Origin: an uncultured Ignavibacteriaceae bacterium
Lineage (GTDB): Bacteria > Bacteroidota > Ignavibacteria > UBA10030
Assembly (NCBI GenBank): GCA_964581115.1
Contig: CAZOMY010000006.1
Location: 314-64,313, forward strand
Length of the DNA stretch: 64,000 bases
Reading direction: 5' to 3'
Positions within the stretch are counted from its first letter, which is position 1; each line of letters begins with the position of its first letter. The position numbers and the translations under genes were made by a program. Under the pieces are notes generated by a model. It did not search any database and was not told where the DNA came from. It saw only the letters and a program-made list of their open reading frames with translations. Below are positions 19,419 through 29,636 of the stretch, in pieces.

Positions 19419-21186
19419 ACAGGTCAGCCGTCGTTGACGGCGACCCGGCAGGATCCAACGGAAGGGAGAGCGTGAACGTCGCTCCCCCGTTGACGATGGA
19501 GTGCGCGCTGATGTCTCCGCCGTGACGCTCGAGGATGCGCCGCACGATGGCGAGACCGATGCCCGTACCCTCGAATTCCTCCCCCGTGTGCAGGCGCTGG
19601 AAGAGCCCGAAGAGCTTCGAGGCGTACTGCATGTCAAACCCCGCCCCGTTGTCCTCCACTTCGATCGTACACCATCCTTCCTTCGACGGACCAGGACCGA
19701 CCCGAATGCGAGCCACCTCGCAGCGTCGCGTGAACTTCAGCGCGTTCCCCAGCAGGTTCACGATCACTTGACGCATCAATCCCTCGTCGGCTGTCACCGT
19801 CGGAAGGTCCCCGACGGTCCACTCCACCTTCCTACCGAGCGTCTCGGGTTCAAGTTCGTCGATGACGCTGCGCGTCAGCGTCACGAGATCCACGGGCTGG
19901 CGCTGCACCTGCGATCGATTGACCCTTGACAGGCTGAGCAGATCGTCGATGAGGGCGGCCATGCGACGCGCCGATCGTTCAATGGTTTCGATGTACCGGT
20001 GCGGACCGTCTCCCAGCCGGGCACCCGTTTCGTCGCGAAGCATGGCCAGGTAGCCCAGCACGTGCCGCAACGGAGCGCGGAGGTCATGCGATACGGAATA
20101 CGCAAATGCCTCCAGTTCTTCGTTCGCTGCCGTCAGCGCGCGCGTGCGGTCCTGCACCCGCGCCTCGAGCTTCACGTTGAGCTCCTTCACCGCCTCTTCC
20201 GCGCGGATACGCTCGGAGATGTCGATCACGATGGCCGTCACCGACTGCAACGTTCCGTCACGGACGAGAGGACTGAAATGCAGTTCATACCAACGCTGGC
20301 CGTCGGCTCCGAGCCGGAGCGCCCGGCAGCTGGAGGGCGCTCGACGTTCGAGACAGCGCTCGAAGGTCAGCATGACGTCGCCGGCTGTTACGGGTTCGAA
20401 GAATGAGACCACGGGTCGGCCTGCTTCGTCAAAGGCGTTCCGTTGGCGCCCGTCGGCCCGCTCGACGATTCCCGTGGGTCGAATGGTGAGGATGGCCCCG
20501 GGAAGGTTCTCCACGAGGCAGCGCCACCGTGATTCTGACTCGACCAGCTCTGCCGAACGGGCCAACAGTTCCTGCCGATGTCTCAGCAACTCTTCGCGTT
20601 GTTGCGAGAGCCGCTCAAGCGTTCGATGCAGGTTGTGCGACAGAATGGTTCCGGCCAGAGTGGCGATGCCGATGATGAGGATGACGGCGATGACCTCGAC
20701 CCAGGTGATCTCGGGATCCTTCAAGGCCTGATACCAGCCCAGCGTTTCCGCCAAGGGAATCGACGTAGCGATCGCAATGGTCAGCAACGCGATCGCGATG
20801 AAGGCCCGCCCCTGCAACAAGAGTGCAGCCGTCATGACCACGATGGGATACAAGAGAAAGGCGATGTCGCGGACCCCGCCACCGTTCACGGTCAGAAAGG
20901 TCGTCACGCCCAGCAGTGAGCCGAGGAGGACGGCACTGGCCGTTGTCGGGTGGCCGCGCCGCGCCAACCAAAGCCCTCCGCCAAGAACTGTCGCCGCGGC
21001 GATCAGGGCCAACGTCCGTTCGCGGCCGATGAGCGAATGCATGACGACGGCAGCCAGGAGCGCCGCGCCGATGAGAACCACGAATGCGGCCTGGAGCGGC
21101 TTGGAGTTCTCGTGGCCGTCAGGGGAGGTGGAAAGGGGTCGAGATAACGATGCTTCGCCCAACATGCCGTTCTGCTCGTACCGCAT
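19405..21186 (-). CDS. Sensor histidine kinase (multi-TM N-terminal sensor, PAS, HisKA, HATPase_c); orphan
   Basis: 593 aa. The N-terminal about 190 aa hold several TM helices. H-box SVSHDLRAPLRHV. G-boxes DNGAGFD and GTGIGLAIVRRILERHGG. No response regulator in the window. The 3' end overlaps the serA-like stop convergently by 14 nt. Confidence 0.85.
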   Translation of the reverse strand: MRYEQNGMLGEASLSRPLSTSPDGHENSKPLQAAFVVLIGAALLAAVVMHSLIGRERTLALIAAATVLGGGLWLARRGHPTTASAVLLGSLLGVTTFLTVNGGGVRDIAFLLYPIVVMTAALLLQGRAFIAIALLTIAIATSIPLAETLGWYQALKDPEITWVEVIAVILIIGIATLAGTILSHNLHRTLERLSQQREELLRHRQELLARSAELVESESRWRCLVENLPGAILTIRPTGIVERADGRQRNAFDEAGRPVVSFFEPVTAGDVMLTFERCLERRAPSSCRALRLGADGQRWYELHFSPLVRDGTLQSVTAIVIDISERIRAEEAVKELNVKLEARVQDRTRALTAANEELEAFAYSVSHDLRAPLRHVLGYLAMLRDETGARLGDGPHRYIETIERSARRMAALIDDLLSLSRVNRSQVQRQPVDLVTLTRSVIDELEPETLGRKVEWTVGDLPTVTADEGLMRQVIVNLLGNALKFTRRCEVARIRVGPGPSKEGWCTIEVEDNGAGFDMQYASKLFGLFQRLHTGEEFEGTGIGLAIVRRILERHGGDISAHSIVNGGATFTLSLPLDPAGSPSTTADLFTTG

Positions 21187-21474
21187 CTTGCAACAGATTC
21201 TGGATAGGAGATCGCACTAGAATAGTCAATGGACAATGAACGCGCAAGGTGGGCGTTCTTACCGTGTTGCAATGGTCGACCGATTCGCACGATTGACAAC
21301 GGGTGGGGCGGACACGTTGCTTCTCAACGGTTTTTGTCGGAAGATTCATTCAAGACCGCGCTTGCCCAGCGCCGGCGCCGGCCTGCTCTCCACCCCACAC
21401 GTCGCGTTCCCCGCCGCCGGCAACCTGCATCGTGACCGGCGGTCCGGGGTCGTCGCCACCCCATCGAGGATTGC

Positions 21475-21717
21475 ATGGAAAGGTCTGAGATCCAGCAGCG
21501 TGTCCGCAGCGTCGTGGCATCCGTCCTGAACATCGACCCCAACGAGATCACCCCTGCCTCCAATTTTGTCTTCGACCTGGGCGCCGATTCGATGAAGAGC
21601 GTTGAACTCATCGCCGGATTCGAGGAGGAGTTCAACATCGAGATGGACGAGGACAAGGCCCGCGAAGTCCAGACCGTCGAAGGGGCGGTCGACTTCATCG
21701 CGCAATACCTGCGCTGA
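21475..21717 (+). CDS. Acyl carrier protein-like (phosphopantetheine attachment site)
   Basis: 80 aa, acidic, four-helix ACP pattern. DLGADSMKSVEL matches the ACP D-S-L phosphopantetheinylation motif. Lies 27 nt upstream of the acyl-CoA synthetase gene. Confidence 0.7.
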   Translation: MERSEIQQRVRSVVASVLNIDPNEITPASNFVFDLGADSMKSVELIAGFEEEFNIEMDEDKAREVQTVEGAVDFIAQYLR

Positions 21718-21744
21718 CCCTGACCCTTCATTGCCGGAGGCACC

Positions 21745-23877
21745 ATGTCCGATCCTGTCGGCAGGGGCCCGGAACGTCTGGACCCCATCATTGCGCCGCG
21801 CTCGGTCGCGGTCGTCGGCACAACGCGCGTTGCCGGTACCGTTCCGTACGATCTCTTCGCCAATCTGTTGCGCGACCGCTTTGAGGGGACGCTGTACCCG
21901 GTGAGCCCCAAGGAACGCTCCATCGCGGGCGTCAAGGCCTACAAGTACGTGCTGGATATTCCCGATCCCGTCGATCTGGCCGTCATTGTCTTTCCGAGCA
22001 GCGTCGTCAACCTGGCGCTCGAGCAGTGCGGGCAGAAGGGGATCAAAGGGGTCGTCATCATCAGCGCCGGGTTCAGGGAGGTCGGTCCCGCCGGCGCAAA
22101 GCGCGAAGAGGAGATCAAGCAGATCGCGGCCAAGTACGGGATCTCATTCATCGGCCCCAACTGCCTCGGCCTCATCAACACCGATCCGTGTGTCAGATTG
22201 AATGCGTCGTTCGCGCGACGCATGCCGCGCGAAGGGTCGATCGGCTTCTTGTCGCAGAGTGGGGCGCTCTGCACGGCGGTGCTCGACTATGCCCACGCCA
22301 AGAACATCGGCTTCTCGAAGTTCATCTCGTTCGGGAACAAGGCCGACGTCAGCGACATCGACCTGATGATGTACCTGAAAGACGACCCGGCGACGAAGGT
22401 CATCCTGATGTATCTGGAGGAAATGACCGCCGGTGCGCGGTTCGTCGAAGCGGCCCGCCGCGTCATCCATGAAGCGGGCAAGCCAGTCCTGGTCTTGAAA
22501 TCAGGCCGGACGACGGAAGGTGCGTCGGCGGCGGCGTCGCACACCGGTTCGCTGGCCGCCAGCGACGAGATCGTCGACGCGGCGCTGATGCAGGCCGGCG
22601 TCATCCGATGCACGACGATCGAGGAGATGTTCAACAACGCCATTGCGCTCGCCTACCAACCCCTTCCGAAGGGGCGTCGGGTAGCGATCATAACGAATGC
22701 CGGCGGACCGGGGGTGCTGACGACCGATGCGGCGATCCACGAAGGACTGCAGCTGGCCGGATTTTCGGAGGCCACGCGCGAGATCTTCAAGCGCTCGCTG
22801 CCGGTGACGGCCAACATGAAGAACCCGGTCGACGTCATTGGCGATGCGCGCGCCGACCGCTATCGCGTGGCGCTCGGGGCCGCCCTCGCCGACCAGAACG
22901 TCGACGGTGCTCTCGTCATCCTTACGCCGCAATCGATGACCGACATCGATACGATCGCGACCGAGGTCTGCAATGTCGCGGGGGGCTTCGACAAGCCGAC
23001 CTACGCGTCGTTCATGGGCGAGACCGACGTCGCCTCGGGCATCGCGATCCTCCAGAGTCGCAACATCCCTCACTACATCCTGCCGGAATCGATGTGCCGC
23101 GCGTTCGCGCGGGCTGACGACTTCCGCTACGAGCGCGACCATCCGCACGCGCCGGTACCGGTCTTTGACGACGTTGACACGGCGAAGGCGAATGCCATTC
23201 TGGAAGCGGCGAGGTCCGCCGGCAGAAACTACCTGCCGCAATCGGAGGCGTTCGAGGTGCTCGCGGCCTACGGATTGCCGACGCTCGCCGGCCGGATCGC
23301 GACGTCGGCCAACGAAGCGGCACAGATCGCGCTCGAGGTCGGCTTTCCCATCGCCCTCAAGGTCGAATCGGACGACATCATCCACAAATGGGATGTCGGC
23401 GGCGTACTGCTAAATGTCGCCTCGGCGGACGAAGCGGCGAAGGGCTACGAGGCCGTGGTCGCGAACGCCGCCGCCGCGATGCCGAAGGCCCGCCTGAAGG
23501 GCGTCTACGTCCAGCGGATGTCGGGCACGGGCGAAGAGGTCATCCTCGGCGTCAAGCGCGACCCGGCGTTCGGTCCGGTGGTCCTGTTCGGCCTCGGAGG
23601 CATCTTCGTCGAGGTCTTCCGCGACGTCAGCTTCCGCATCGCGCCGCTTCCGCCGGATGTTGTGCGCGATATGATGCAGCGCATCAAGGCGTATCGACTG
23701 CTCACCGGGGCTCGCGGACGTCCCGTGCGCGACGTCGATGCTGTGGCTCAGTGCCTCCAGCGCCTGTCGCAGCTGGCGGTTGAATGTCCGCTGATCCGCG
23801 AACTCGATATCAATCCGCTCATCGTCGGGAACGCCGGCCAGGGCTGCTCCGTGGCCGACGCCCGGATCCTACTCTGA
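21745..23877 (+). CDS. ADP-forming acyl-CoA synthetase (NDP-forming; fused alpha/beta: CoA-binding, succinyl-CoA-ligase-like and ATP-grasp domains)
   Basis: 710 aa. N-terminal CoA-binding Rossmann [19 protein letters not shown]. Central ligase-CoA domain [23 protein letters not shown] with the phospho-His region. C-terminal ATP-grasp ([21 protein letters not shown]). No GNAT domain, so it is not Pat-type. Confidence 0.75.
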   Translation: MSDPVGRGPERLDPIIAPRSVAVVGTTRVAGTVPYDLFANLLRDRFEGTLYPVSPKERSIAGVKAYKYVLDIPDPVDLAVIVFPSSVVNLALEQCGQKGIKGVVIISAGFREVGPAGAKREEEIKQIAAKYGISFIGPNCLGLINTDPCVRLNASFARRMPREGSIGFLSQSGALCTAVLDYAHAKNIGFSKFISFGNKADVSDIDLMMYLKDDPATKVILMYLEEMTAGARFVEAARRVIHEAGKPVLVLKSGRTTEGASAAASHTGSLAASDEIVDAALMQAGVIRCTTIEEMFNNAIALAYQPLPKGRRVAIITNAGGPGVLTTDAAIHEGLQLAGFSEATREIFKRSLPVTANMKNPVDVIGDARADRYRVALGAALADQNVDGALVILTPQSMTDIDTIATEVCNVAGGFDKPTYASFMGETDVASGIAILQSRNIPHYILPESMCRAFARADDFRYERDHPHAPVPVFDDVDTAKANAILEAARSAGRNYLPQSEAFEVLAAYGLPTLAGRIATSANEAAQIALEVGFPIALKVESDDIIHKWDVGGVLLNVASADEAAKGYEAVVANAAAAMPKARLKGVYVQRMSGTGEEVILGVKRDPAFGPVVLFGLGGIFVEVFRDVSFRIAPLPPDVVRDMMQRIKAYRLLTGARGRPVRDVDAVAQCLQRLSQLAVECPLIRELDINPLIVGNAGQGCSVADARILL

Positions 23878-23896
23878 CCCATCGGAGGTTCCAACC

Positions 23897-24703
23897 ATGC
23901 GCATCATCATTCACGACAGCTACGATGCCCTCAGCAAATGGACCGCGCACTACATCGCGTCCAAGATCAACGCGTTCAAACCGACAAAGGACCGGCCCTA
24001 CGTGCTCGGCCTCCCGACGGGCTCATCCCCCATCGGAACGTATCAGAACCTCGTCAGCCTGCACCAACAGGGAAAGGTCTCGTTCAAGAACGTCATCACC
24101 TTCAACATGGACGAGTATGTCGGCCTGCCCGAGGATCATCCCGAGAGCTATCACTACTTCATGTGGCACCATCTGTTCAGCCACATCGATATCCCGCACG
24201 AAAACGTCAACATCCTCAACGGCAACGCGAAGGACCTCGAGAAGGAGTGCTCGGACTACGAGGAGCGCATCCGCAAGACCGGCGGCATCCATCTCTTCCT
24301 CGGCGGCATCGGGCCGGACGGACACATCGCCTTCAACGAACCGGGCTCGTCATTGTCGTCTCGCACGCGTATCAAGACGCTGACGATGGATACCCGCATC
24401 GCCAACTCGCGCTTCTTCGGCAACGACCCGAACAAGGTCCCCAAGACGGCCCTGACGGTCGGCGTAGGGACGGTCATGGACGCACAGGAGGTCGTCATCA
24501 TCGTGTCGGGCCACTCAAAGGCCCGCGCCTTGCAGAAGGTGGTGGAAGAAGGAGTGAATCACATGTGGACGGTGTCTCAGCTTCAGCTGCACCGCCACGG
24601 CATCATCGTCTGCGACGAGGCGTCGACCTACGAGCTCAAGGTCGGCACGGTCAAGTACTTCAAGGATATCGAAGGCGATAACTTGAGGATCGCCGACCTG
24701 TAG
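23897..24703 (+). CDS. nagB: Glucosamine-6-phosphate deaminase
   Basis: 268 aa. Canonical NagB motifs [18 protein letters not shown] and [21 protein letters not shown]. Confidence 0.9.
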   Translation: MRIIIHDSYDALSKWTAHYIASKINAFKPTKDRPYVLGLPTGSSPIGTYQNLVSLHQQGKVSFKNVITFNMDEYVGLPEDHPESYHYFMWHHLFSHIDIPHENVNILNGNAKDLEKECSDYEERIRKTGGIHLFLGGIGPDGHIAFNEPGSSLSSRTRIKTLTMDTRIANSRFFGNDPNKVPKTALTVGVGTVMDAQEVVIIVSGHSKARALQKVVEEGVNHMWTVSQLQLHRHGIIVCDEASTYELKVGTVKYFKDIEGDNLRIADL

Positions 24704-24715
24704 AGGAGCATCTCC

Positions 24716-26701
24716 ATGACCTTTCGATCGTTGACAGCCGACGAGGTCCGGCGGCTCGAACAGCAGGGATGTCGTGCGGAGTCGTGGCAACGCGTGACGG
24801 TTCATCCCGACATCGCCGTCGACCGGGTCTGCGGCGTCGAATTCCGCGGCGACGTCCGGCTGGGAGACAATCGCGGTTCGGTCCTGGTGGAAGGCGTCGA
24901 GCTTCCGAGCGGTGTGTCATCGGCGATCCTGGCCGATGTTGAGGTCGGCGACGGTGTGCGCATCGACCGCATCGGATCGGTCGTCTCGAACGTGACGATC
25001 GGACCCGGGTGCGTCATTCAGGACGTGGCGGCAATCACCGCCGAGCCGGGTGCGGCTTGCGGCATCGGGACCGAGCTCGAAACGGTCAACGAAGGGGGAG
25101 GTCGTGTCGTTCGATTGACGCCGTCTCTGTCGGCGCAATCGGCGTATCTACAGGCTTTCCGTCTGCATGACCAGGCGGCGGCCGGCGCCATCGCCTCGTG
25201 CGTGGCAAGAACCGTCGACGAAGCGAAGAAAACGAAGGTCGTCGTCGAAGCGGGTGCCCAGCTCCTCCATTGCGGCCCGATCCGAAACGTGCGGATCGGC
25301 CCCAAGGCGATCCTCCGCGGCGTTGCTGCGCTCGAAGATGGCACGATCCTGAGCTGTCCGGAACATCCGACGATCCTTGGGGAGGGCGTCAGCGCGAAGC
25401 ACTTCATCATCGCCGAGGGGGCTGCCGTCGGGTCCGGTGTCATTCTCGATAAGGCGTTCGTCGGGCAGGCGGTGAAGCTTGGCAAGCAGTTCTCGGCTGA
25501 GAACAGCCTCTTCTTTGCCAACAGCGAAGGATTCCATGGCGAGGCCGTTTCGATGTTCGGCGGGCCGTACACCGTCACCCACCACAAGTCCACCCTCCTG
25601 ATTGCGGCGCAGTTCTCCTTCTACAATGCCGGTTCGGGGACGAACCAAAGCAACCATATGTACAAACTGGGCCCGGTGCATCAGGGGGTGTTCGAGCGTG
25701 GTTGCAAGACCGGGTCGTTCTCGTACGTCCTGCATGAGACGCACGTCGGGGCCTTCAGCGTCATCATCGGCAAGCACTATACGAACATCAACACCCCCGA
25801 CCTGCCGTTCGCGTACATCCACGAATCCGAAGGCGAGTCTCAGATCGTTCCTGGCATGAACCTCTTCTCGGTCGGGACGGTGCGTGACGGAGAGAAGTGG
25901 CCGAAGCGCGACGGCCGCAAGGCGCCGGTCAAGCGTGACCGGATCGTGTTCGACGTGTTCTCGCCGTACACGGTCGAGAAGATGCGGCGGGGACGAGACC
26001 TCCTGTTGAAGCTGCACGAAAGCACGCCAAAGGAAAAGCACTCGGTGGCGGTGGGGGGGGTGATCGTGAAGCGACTGTTGCTGCGACGATGCGCAAAGTA
26101 CTACTCGAACGCCATCGCTCGCTATTTGAATGGAGCTGTCCTGGCGCGCATCGAGGCGGCCGCGGCTGCGACGTCGTGGATGGAGGTGCGGAAGGCCCTC
26201 GGGGCACCGTCGTCGTTGAAGGAGCCGTTCGTCTGGACCGACGTTGCCGGACTCCTCATACCGGTGGAGCGTCTGCGGGGATTGGAAGCGCGCTTGGCCG
26301 GCGGAACGATCACCGGCGAAGCGGGGCTCGAGGCCGCGTTTGACGAGATCGCCGCGTCGTACCGCTCCGACGAGTGGGAATATGTCGCCGCGGCGTTCGA
26401 GTCCGAATACCGGGTCCGTCCGGAATCGATGACGAAAGAGCAGGCGCTGGAAACCGCAAAGGGGTATTTCGACGCCGCGTCGTCTCTGCTTGGAATGATC
26501 CTTGAGGATTCGAAGCGCGAATTCGATGCGTTCGCGCGCATCAGCTATGGACTCGGGATGACCGAGGAGGAACGTGCACAGGAATTCGCTTCTGTCCGTG
26601 GCAGCGCCGAGACGAATGGCGTTGTGCAGAAGCTGGTGAAGGAAAAGGCAGAGCTGGAGGCCAGGAAGGCAACGCTGGTGGCGATGATCGATCGGTTGTA
26701 G
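24716..26701 (+). CDS. DUF4954-family protein with N-terminal left-handed beta-helix (hexapeptide-repeat-like) region
   Basis: 661 aa. The N-terminal roughly 300 aa have imperfect hexapeptide-like repeats (GVEFRGDVRLGDNRGSVLVEGVELPSGVSSAILADVEVGDGVRI...). The nagB-DUF4954 pairing is conserved in Bacteroidota. Function unknown. Confidence 0.6.
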   Translation: MTFRSLTADEVRRLEQQGCRAESWQRVTVHPDIAVDRVCGVEFRGDVRLGDNRGSVLVEGVELPSGVSSAILADVEVGDGVRIDRIGSVVSNVTIGPGCVIQDVAAITAEPGAACGIGTELETVNEGGGRVVRLTPSLSAQSAYLQAFRLHDQAAAGAIASCVARTVDEAKKTKVVVEAGAQLLHCGPIRNVRIGPKAILRGVAALEDGTILSCPEHPTILGEGVSAKHFIIAEGAAVGSGVILDKAFVGQAVKLGKQFSAENSLFFANSEGFHGEAVSMFGGPYTVTHHKSTLLIAAQFSFYNAGSGTNQSNHMYKLGPVHQGVFERGCKTGSFSYVLHETHVGAFSVIIGKHYTNINTPDLPFAYIHESEGESQIVPGMNLFSVGTVRDGEKWPKRDGRKAPVKRDRIVFDVFSPYTVEKMRRGRDLLLKLHESTPKEKHSVAVGGVIVKRLLLRRCAKYYSNAIARYLNGAVLARIEAAAAATSWMEVRKALGAPSSLKEPFVWTDVAGLLIPVERLRGLEARLAGGTITGEAGLEAAFDEIAASYRSDEWEYVAAAFESEYRVRPESMTKEQALETAKGYFDAASSLLGMILEDSKREFDAFARISYGLGMTEEERAQEFASVRGSAETNGVVQKLVKEKAELEARKATLVAMIDRL

Positions 26702-26841
26702 CTATTGCGAGCATCGCCAGAGTCGCCAGTGGTTTCGGATCTTGCATTTTCTGCGTTCGGCGCCCTTGGCGCTTCATTGCTTTCCTTCGGTCTTGGCGTT
26801 CTTGGCGGTCAGATTCGGGATTTCTCGAGCGACGTTCAATG

Positions 26842-27597
26842 TCAGAAGTTCGTCACCACCGCATGCTTGTCATAGAACGCGGCGATCAGGCTGGCCGCTT
26901 CGGCGGGGTCGTCGGTCACCGAGAAGAGCTCCAGGTCCTGAGGTGAGATCATTCCTGCCGGCAGAACCGTCCCTTTGATCCACTCGAGCAGTCCGCTCCA
27001 GTAGGCCTTTCCCATCAGCACGACGGGGAAGGCCTTCGTCTTTCTGGTCTGGATGAGCGTGATCGCCTCGAAGAATTCGTCGAGGGTCCCGAATCCTCCC
27101 GGCAACACGACGAAGCCATGTGCGTACTTGACGAACATGACCTTTCGAACGAAGAAGTGCCGAAACACGGCCACGCGTCCGCGGTCGATGTAGTCATTCG
27201 TCCGCTGCTCGTGCGGAAGGTCGATCGTGACGGCGGCTGACGCTCCCTTCGCACGTTGCGCGCCTTTGTTCCCCGCCTCCATGATACCGGGCCCTCCCCC
27301 CGTGAGAATGTTGAAACCGCGCTGGACGAGTTCCTCTGCAACCCGCACTCCCAATTCGTAGTCGGGCGATCCGGGCGGCGTGCGCGCCGACCCGAAAATG
27401 GAGACGAGCCGCTCCTGCCGCGACATCACAGTGAAGCCCTCGACGAATTCCGACATGACGCGGAAGATCCGCCACATGTCATCCTGCGCGGCGATGAGTT
27501 GGCGAAGCTGAAGGTCCTGCACGGCGTCGTGCTGGGTACGGGACATGTCGGCCATGGGATGTCTTGAAGGAAGTGCTTTTCGATGGGCAACAGTCAT
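26842..27597 (-). CDS. LOG-family (TIGR00730) Rossmann-fold nucleotide-binding protein / cytokinin riboside 5'-monophosphate phosphoribohydrolase-like
   Basis: 251 aa. Motifs VSIFGSARTP, LTGGGPGIMEAGNKGA and PGGFGTLDEFFE are diagnostic of the LOG family. The start may be the internal ATG at 27558. Confidence 0.8.
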   Translation of the reverse strand: MTVAHRKALPSRHPMADMSRTQHDAVQDLQLRQLIAAQDDMWRIFRVMSEFVEGFTVMSRQERLVSIFGSARTPPGSPDYELGVRVAEELVQRGFNILTGGGPGIMEAGNKGAQRAKGASAAVTIDLPHEQRTNDYIDRGRVAVFRHFFVRKVMFVKYAHGFVVLPGGFGTLDEFFEAITLIQTRKTKAFPVVLMGKAYWSGLLEWIKGTVLPAGMISPQDLELFSVTDDPAEAASLIAAFYDKHAVVTNF

Positions 27598-27686
27598 GGA
27601 TCACAGACATCGCGGAGCGGTTGCCAGCATTGACCACATGCATGCTGCAGGCAGTCTCCCTGTGCGAGGCGCTGGTGGGACAGTAC

Positions 27687-28499
27687 CTACATGAACCAGC
27701 GTCGCTCATTGTGGACCGCATCGCCAAAAGATCGGATGAAGTCCATCTCCTCCGACGACAGAGGTCCGCGGTTCAGCGCCTCGAGGTTCTCATGCAACTG
27801 CCGCAGGTTCCGCGGCGCGCTCAGACACACGTCGACGTGAGCATTGGAGAGGACGAATCGATACGCTTCGCCGGCCGTCGGTATCCGGCCGTCGCGAGGC
27901 CACGTTCCGGGACGCCGCAGAAGTGCGGTCCATCGGGTGGCCGTGTAGCTGATCACTCCAACCCCGTGTGCGCCGACATGCGGAAAGATCTCCAGCTCCG
28001 CTCCACGATGAGCGGCATTGTACCGGATCATCAATATATCAAGAGCGCCTGATGCGGCCAACTGTCCGGCAAAGCGCCGGTCGTGGCACGAAATGGCCAC
28101 GGCCCGTACGCGCCCGTCCTCCTTGAGTCGGACGAGCTGATCCAGAAGCGAAGGCGGAAAGTCCTCCGGCTTCATAACGCCCAGGAAATGAAAGACATCG
28201 ATGCGGTCGGTCCGAAACTGACGCAGCCTCTTTTCCATCGTCGCTCGAAAGTTCTGCCGCGTCCAGATGTAACTATAGGCGCCCGTGCCCAGGATGATGT
28301 GTTGCTTCAGCGACGAGGGGAGGTCACGAAAGAACGTGACAAGTTGCCGGTCGAGGCCGAATCCGAAGAAGTAGTTGACGCCGGAATCCAAAGCGTGGAC
28401 CAGGGCTTTGCGGCCGGGCAAGTAGCTGGCAGCGATACCAAGCCGGAAGACCTGGCGGCCTGTCCGGCCGAGCGTGGCGTGCGTGAAGTCGCGGACCAT
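27687..28499 (-). CDS. Aldo/keto reductase family oxidoreductase
   Basis: 270 aa. AKR TIM-barrel pattern (LGRTGRQVFRLGIA, NYFFGFG, RIDVFHFLGV). Same strand and close spacing as the flanking LOG and dCMP deaminase genes. Confidence 0.65.
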   Translation of the reverse strand: MVRDFTHATLGRTGRQVFRLGIAASYLPGRKALVHALDSGVNYFFGFGLDRQLVTFFRDLPSSLKQHIILGTGAYSYIWTRQNFRATMEKRLRQFRTDRIDVFHFLGVMKPEDFPPSLLDQLVRLKEDGRVRAVAISCHDRRFAGQLAASGALDILMIRYNAAHRGAELEIFPHVGAHGVGVISYTATRWTALLRRPGTWPRDGRIPTAGEAYRFVLSNAHVDVCLSAPRNLRQLHENLEALNRGPLSSEEMDFIRSFGDAVHNERRWFM

Positions 28500-28515
28500 G
28501 AGGGTCCCCCGATGC

Positions 28516-28950
28516 TCAGCCCTTGGCGCCCATGAAGATCAGGGAGATATCGGCCTGACGGGCGTATTCGGTGATGCGCTCATCACGGTAGAACTCTCTG
28601 TAATAGATGGTCTTGATACCGCTGTTGGCAACCAACTTGAAGCAGGTAAGGCAGGGGGAGTGGGTGACATAGAGCTCGGACCCGTCGATCCTGACACCGT
28701 TGCGCGCGGCCTGGGCGACGGCATTGGCCTCGGCATGTACCGTACGGACGCAATGTCCGTTTTCCAGGTCATGGCCCAGGTCGTCGCAATGAGGCGTTCC
28801 GGGCAGACTGCCGTTGTAGCCGGTGGAGAGGATCGTCCGGTCTCGTACGATGACAGCGCCGACGTGGCGGCGGTCGCAGGTGCTGCGCGTCGCGACCTGT
28901 TCGGCGATCTTCATGAAGTAGTCCATCCAACCGATGCGGCGATCTGGCAT
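28516..28950 (-). CDS. dCMP deaminase (ComEB-type cytidine/deoxycytidylate deaminase)
   Basis: ORF 28516-29040; ATG at 28950 (MPDRRIGWMDYFM). Zinc-binding motifs HAEANA and PCLTCFKL. Confidence 0.85.
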   Translation of the reverse strand: MPDRRIGWMDYFMKIAEQVATRSTCDRRHVGAVIVRDRTILSTGYNGSLPGTPHCDDLGHDLENGHCVRTVHAEANAVAQAARNGVRIDGSELYVTHSPCLTCFKLVANSGIKTIYYREFYRDERITEYARQADISLIFMGAKG

Positions 28951-29066
28951 GGCATTCCCCTGATGTGGTGCCCGGAACTTAGCCACAAAAAGGTAAAAAG
29001 GCACAAATTGATTTTGCCGTTCCCGATGGGTACCATGCATGCGTCATTTCCTACGGAGAGGGACCT

Positions 29067-29519
29067 GTGGAACAATGGATCGATCCTGAACTTGCATGGT
29101 TTCTCGTTGGTCTGTTGCTGTTGCTTGCTGAACTCGTGACGCCGGGCTTCGTGGTGATCTTCTTTGGCGTGGGCGCCTGGGTCACGGCCCTGCTGATCGC
29201 GTTCGGCCTCCTGCCGTCCTTCAATGCACAGCTGCTCAGCTTCATGCTGGCCTCGGTCGCCTCGTTGTTGTTGTTCCGCAAGAAAGGGAGGTCGCTCTTC
29301 GAGGGCCGTCGAGCCGGCGGCTACGGCGCCAATGATGCGGTCGATTCAGTGGTCGGCGAAAAGGCCTACGTCGTGGCCGATATCGCGCCGAACGCTCCGG
29401 GCAAGGTCGAATTCAACGGCTCGCACTGGCAGGCCGAGGCCGGTGTGGCGATCGCCAAGGGAACGACCGTCGCCATCGTCGAGCGCCGTAACCTCACACT
29501 GATCGTCAAACCCCTGTAG
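29067..29519 (+). CDS. NfeD-family membrane protein (short YuaF/YbbJ-like; partner of SPFH protein)
   Basis: 150 aa. Two or three N-terminal TM helices plus a C-terminal OB-fold beta domain (GKVEFNGSHWQAEAGVAIAKGTTVAIVERRNLTLIVKP). Immediately upstream of the SPFH gene. Confidence 0.7.
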   Translation: MEQWIDPELAWFLVGLLLLLAELVTPGFVVIFFGVGAWVTALLIAFGLLPSFNAQLLSFMLASVASLLLFRKKGRSLFEGRRAGGYGANDAVDSVVGEKAYVVADIAPNAPGKVEFNGSHWQAEAGVAIAKGTTVAIVERRNLTLIVKPL

Positions 29520-29636
29520 GACCATCGCCGACCCATCCGACGCATTCTGCCGAATCGTTGCGCCGTGGCTTGTCTGCGCAACGAAGTCAGCGTCGGCGGA
29601 GGCGTCGCACGGTGAGGCACATCGCAGAGGATCCCT

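Noticed and set aside
28516-28950. dCMP deaminase as a possible anti-phage nucleotide-depletion enzyme
   Set aside because: It is a small stand-alone ComEB-type enzyme with intact HAE/PCxxC zinc motifs. It sits with housekeeping LOG and AKR genes and has no kinase or other fusion domains characteristic of defensive deaminases.
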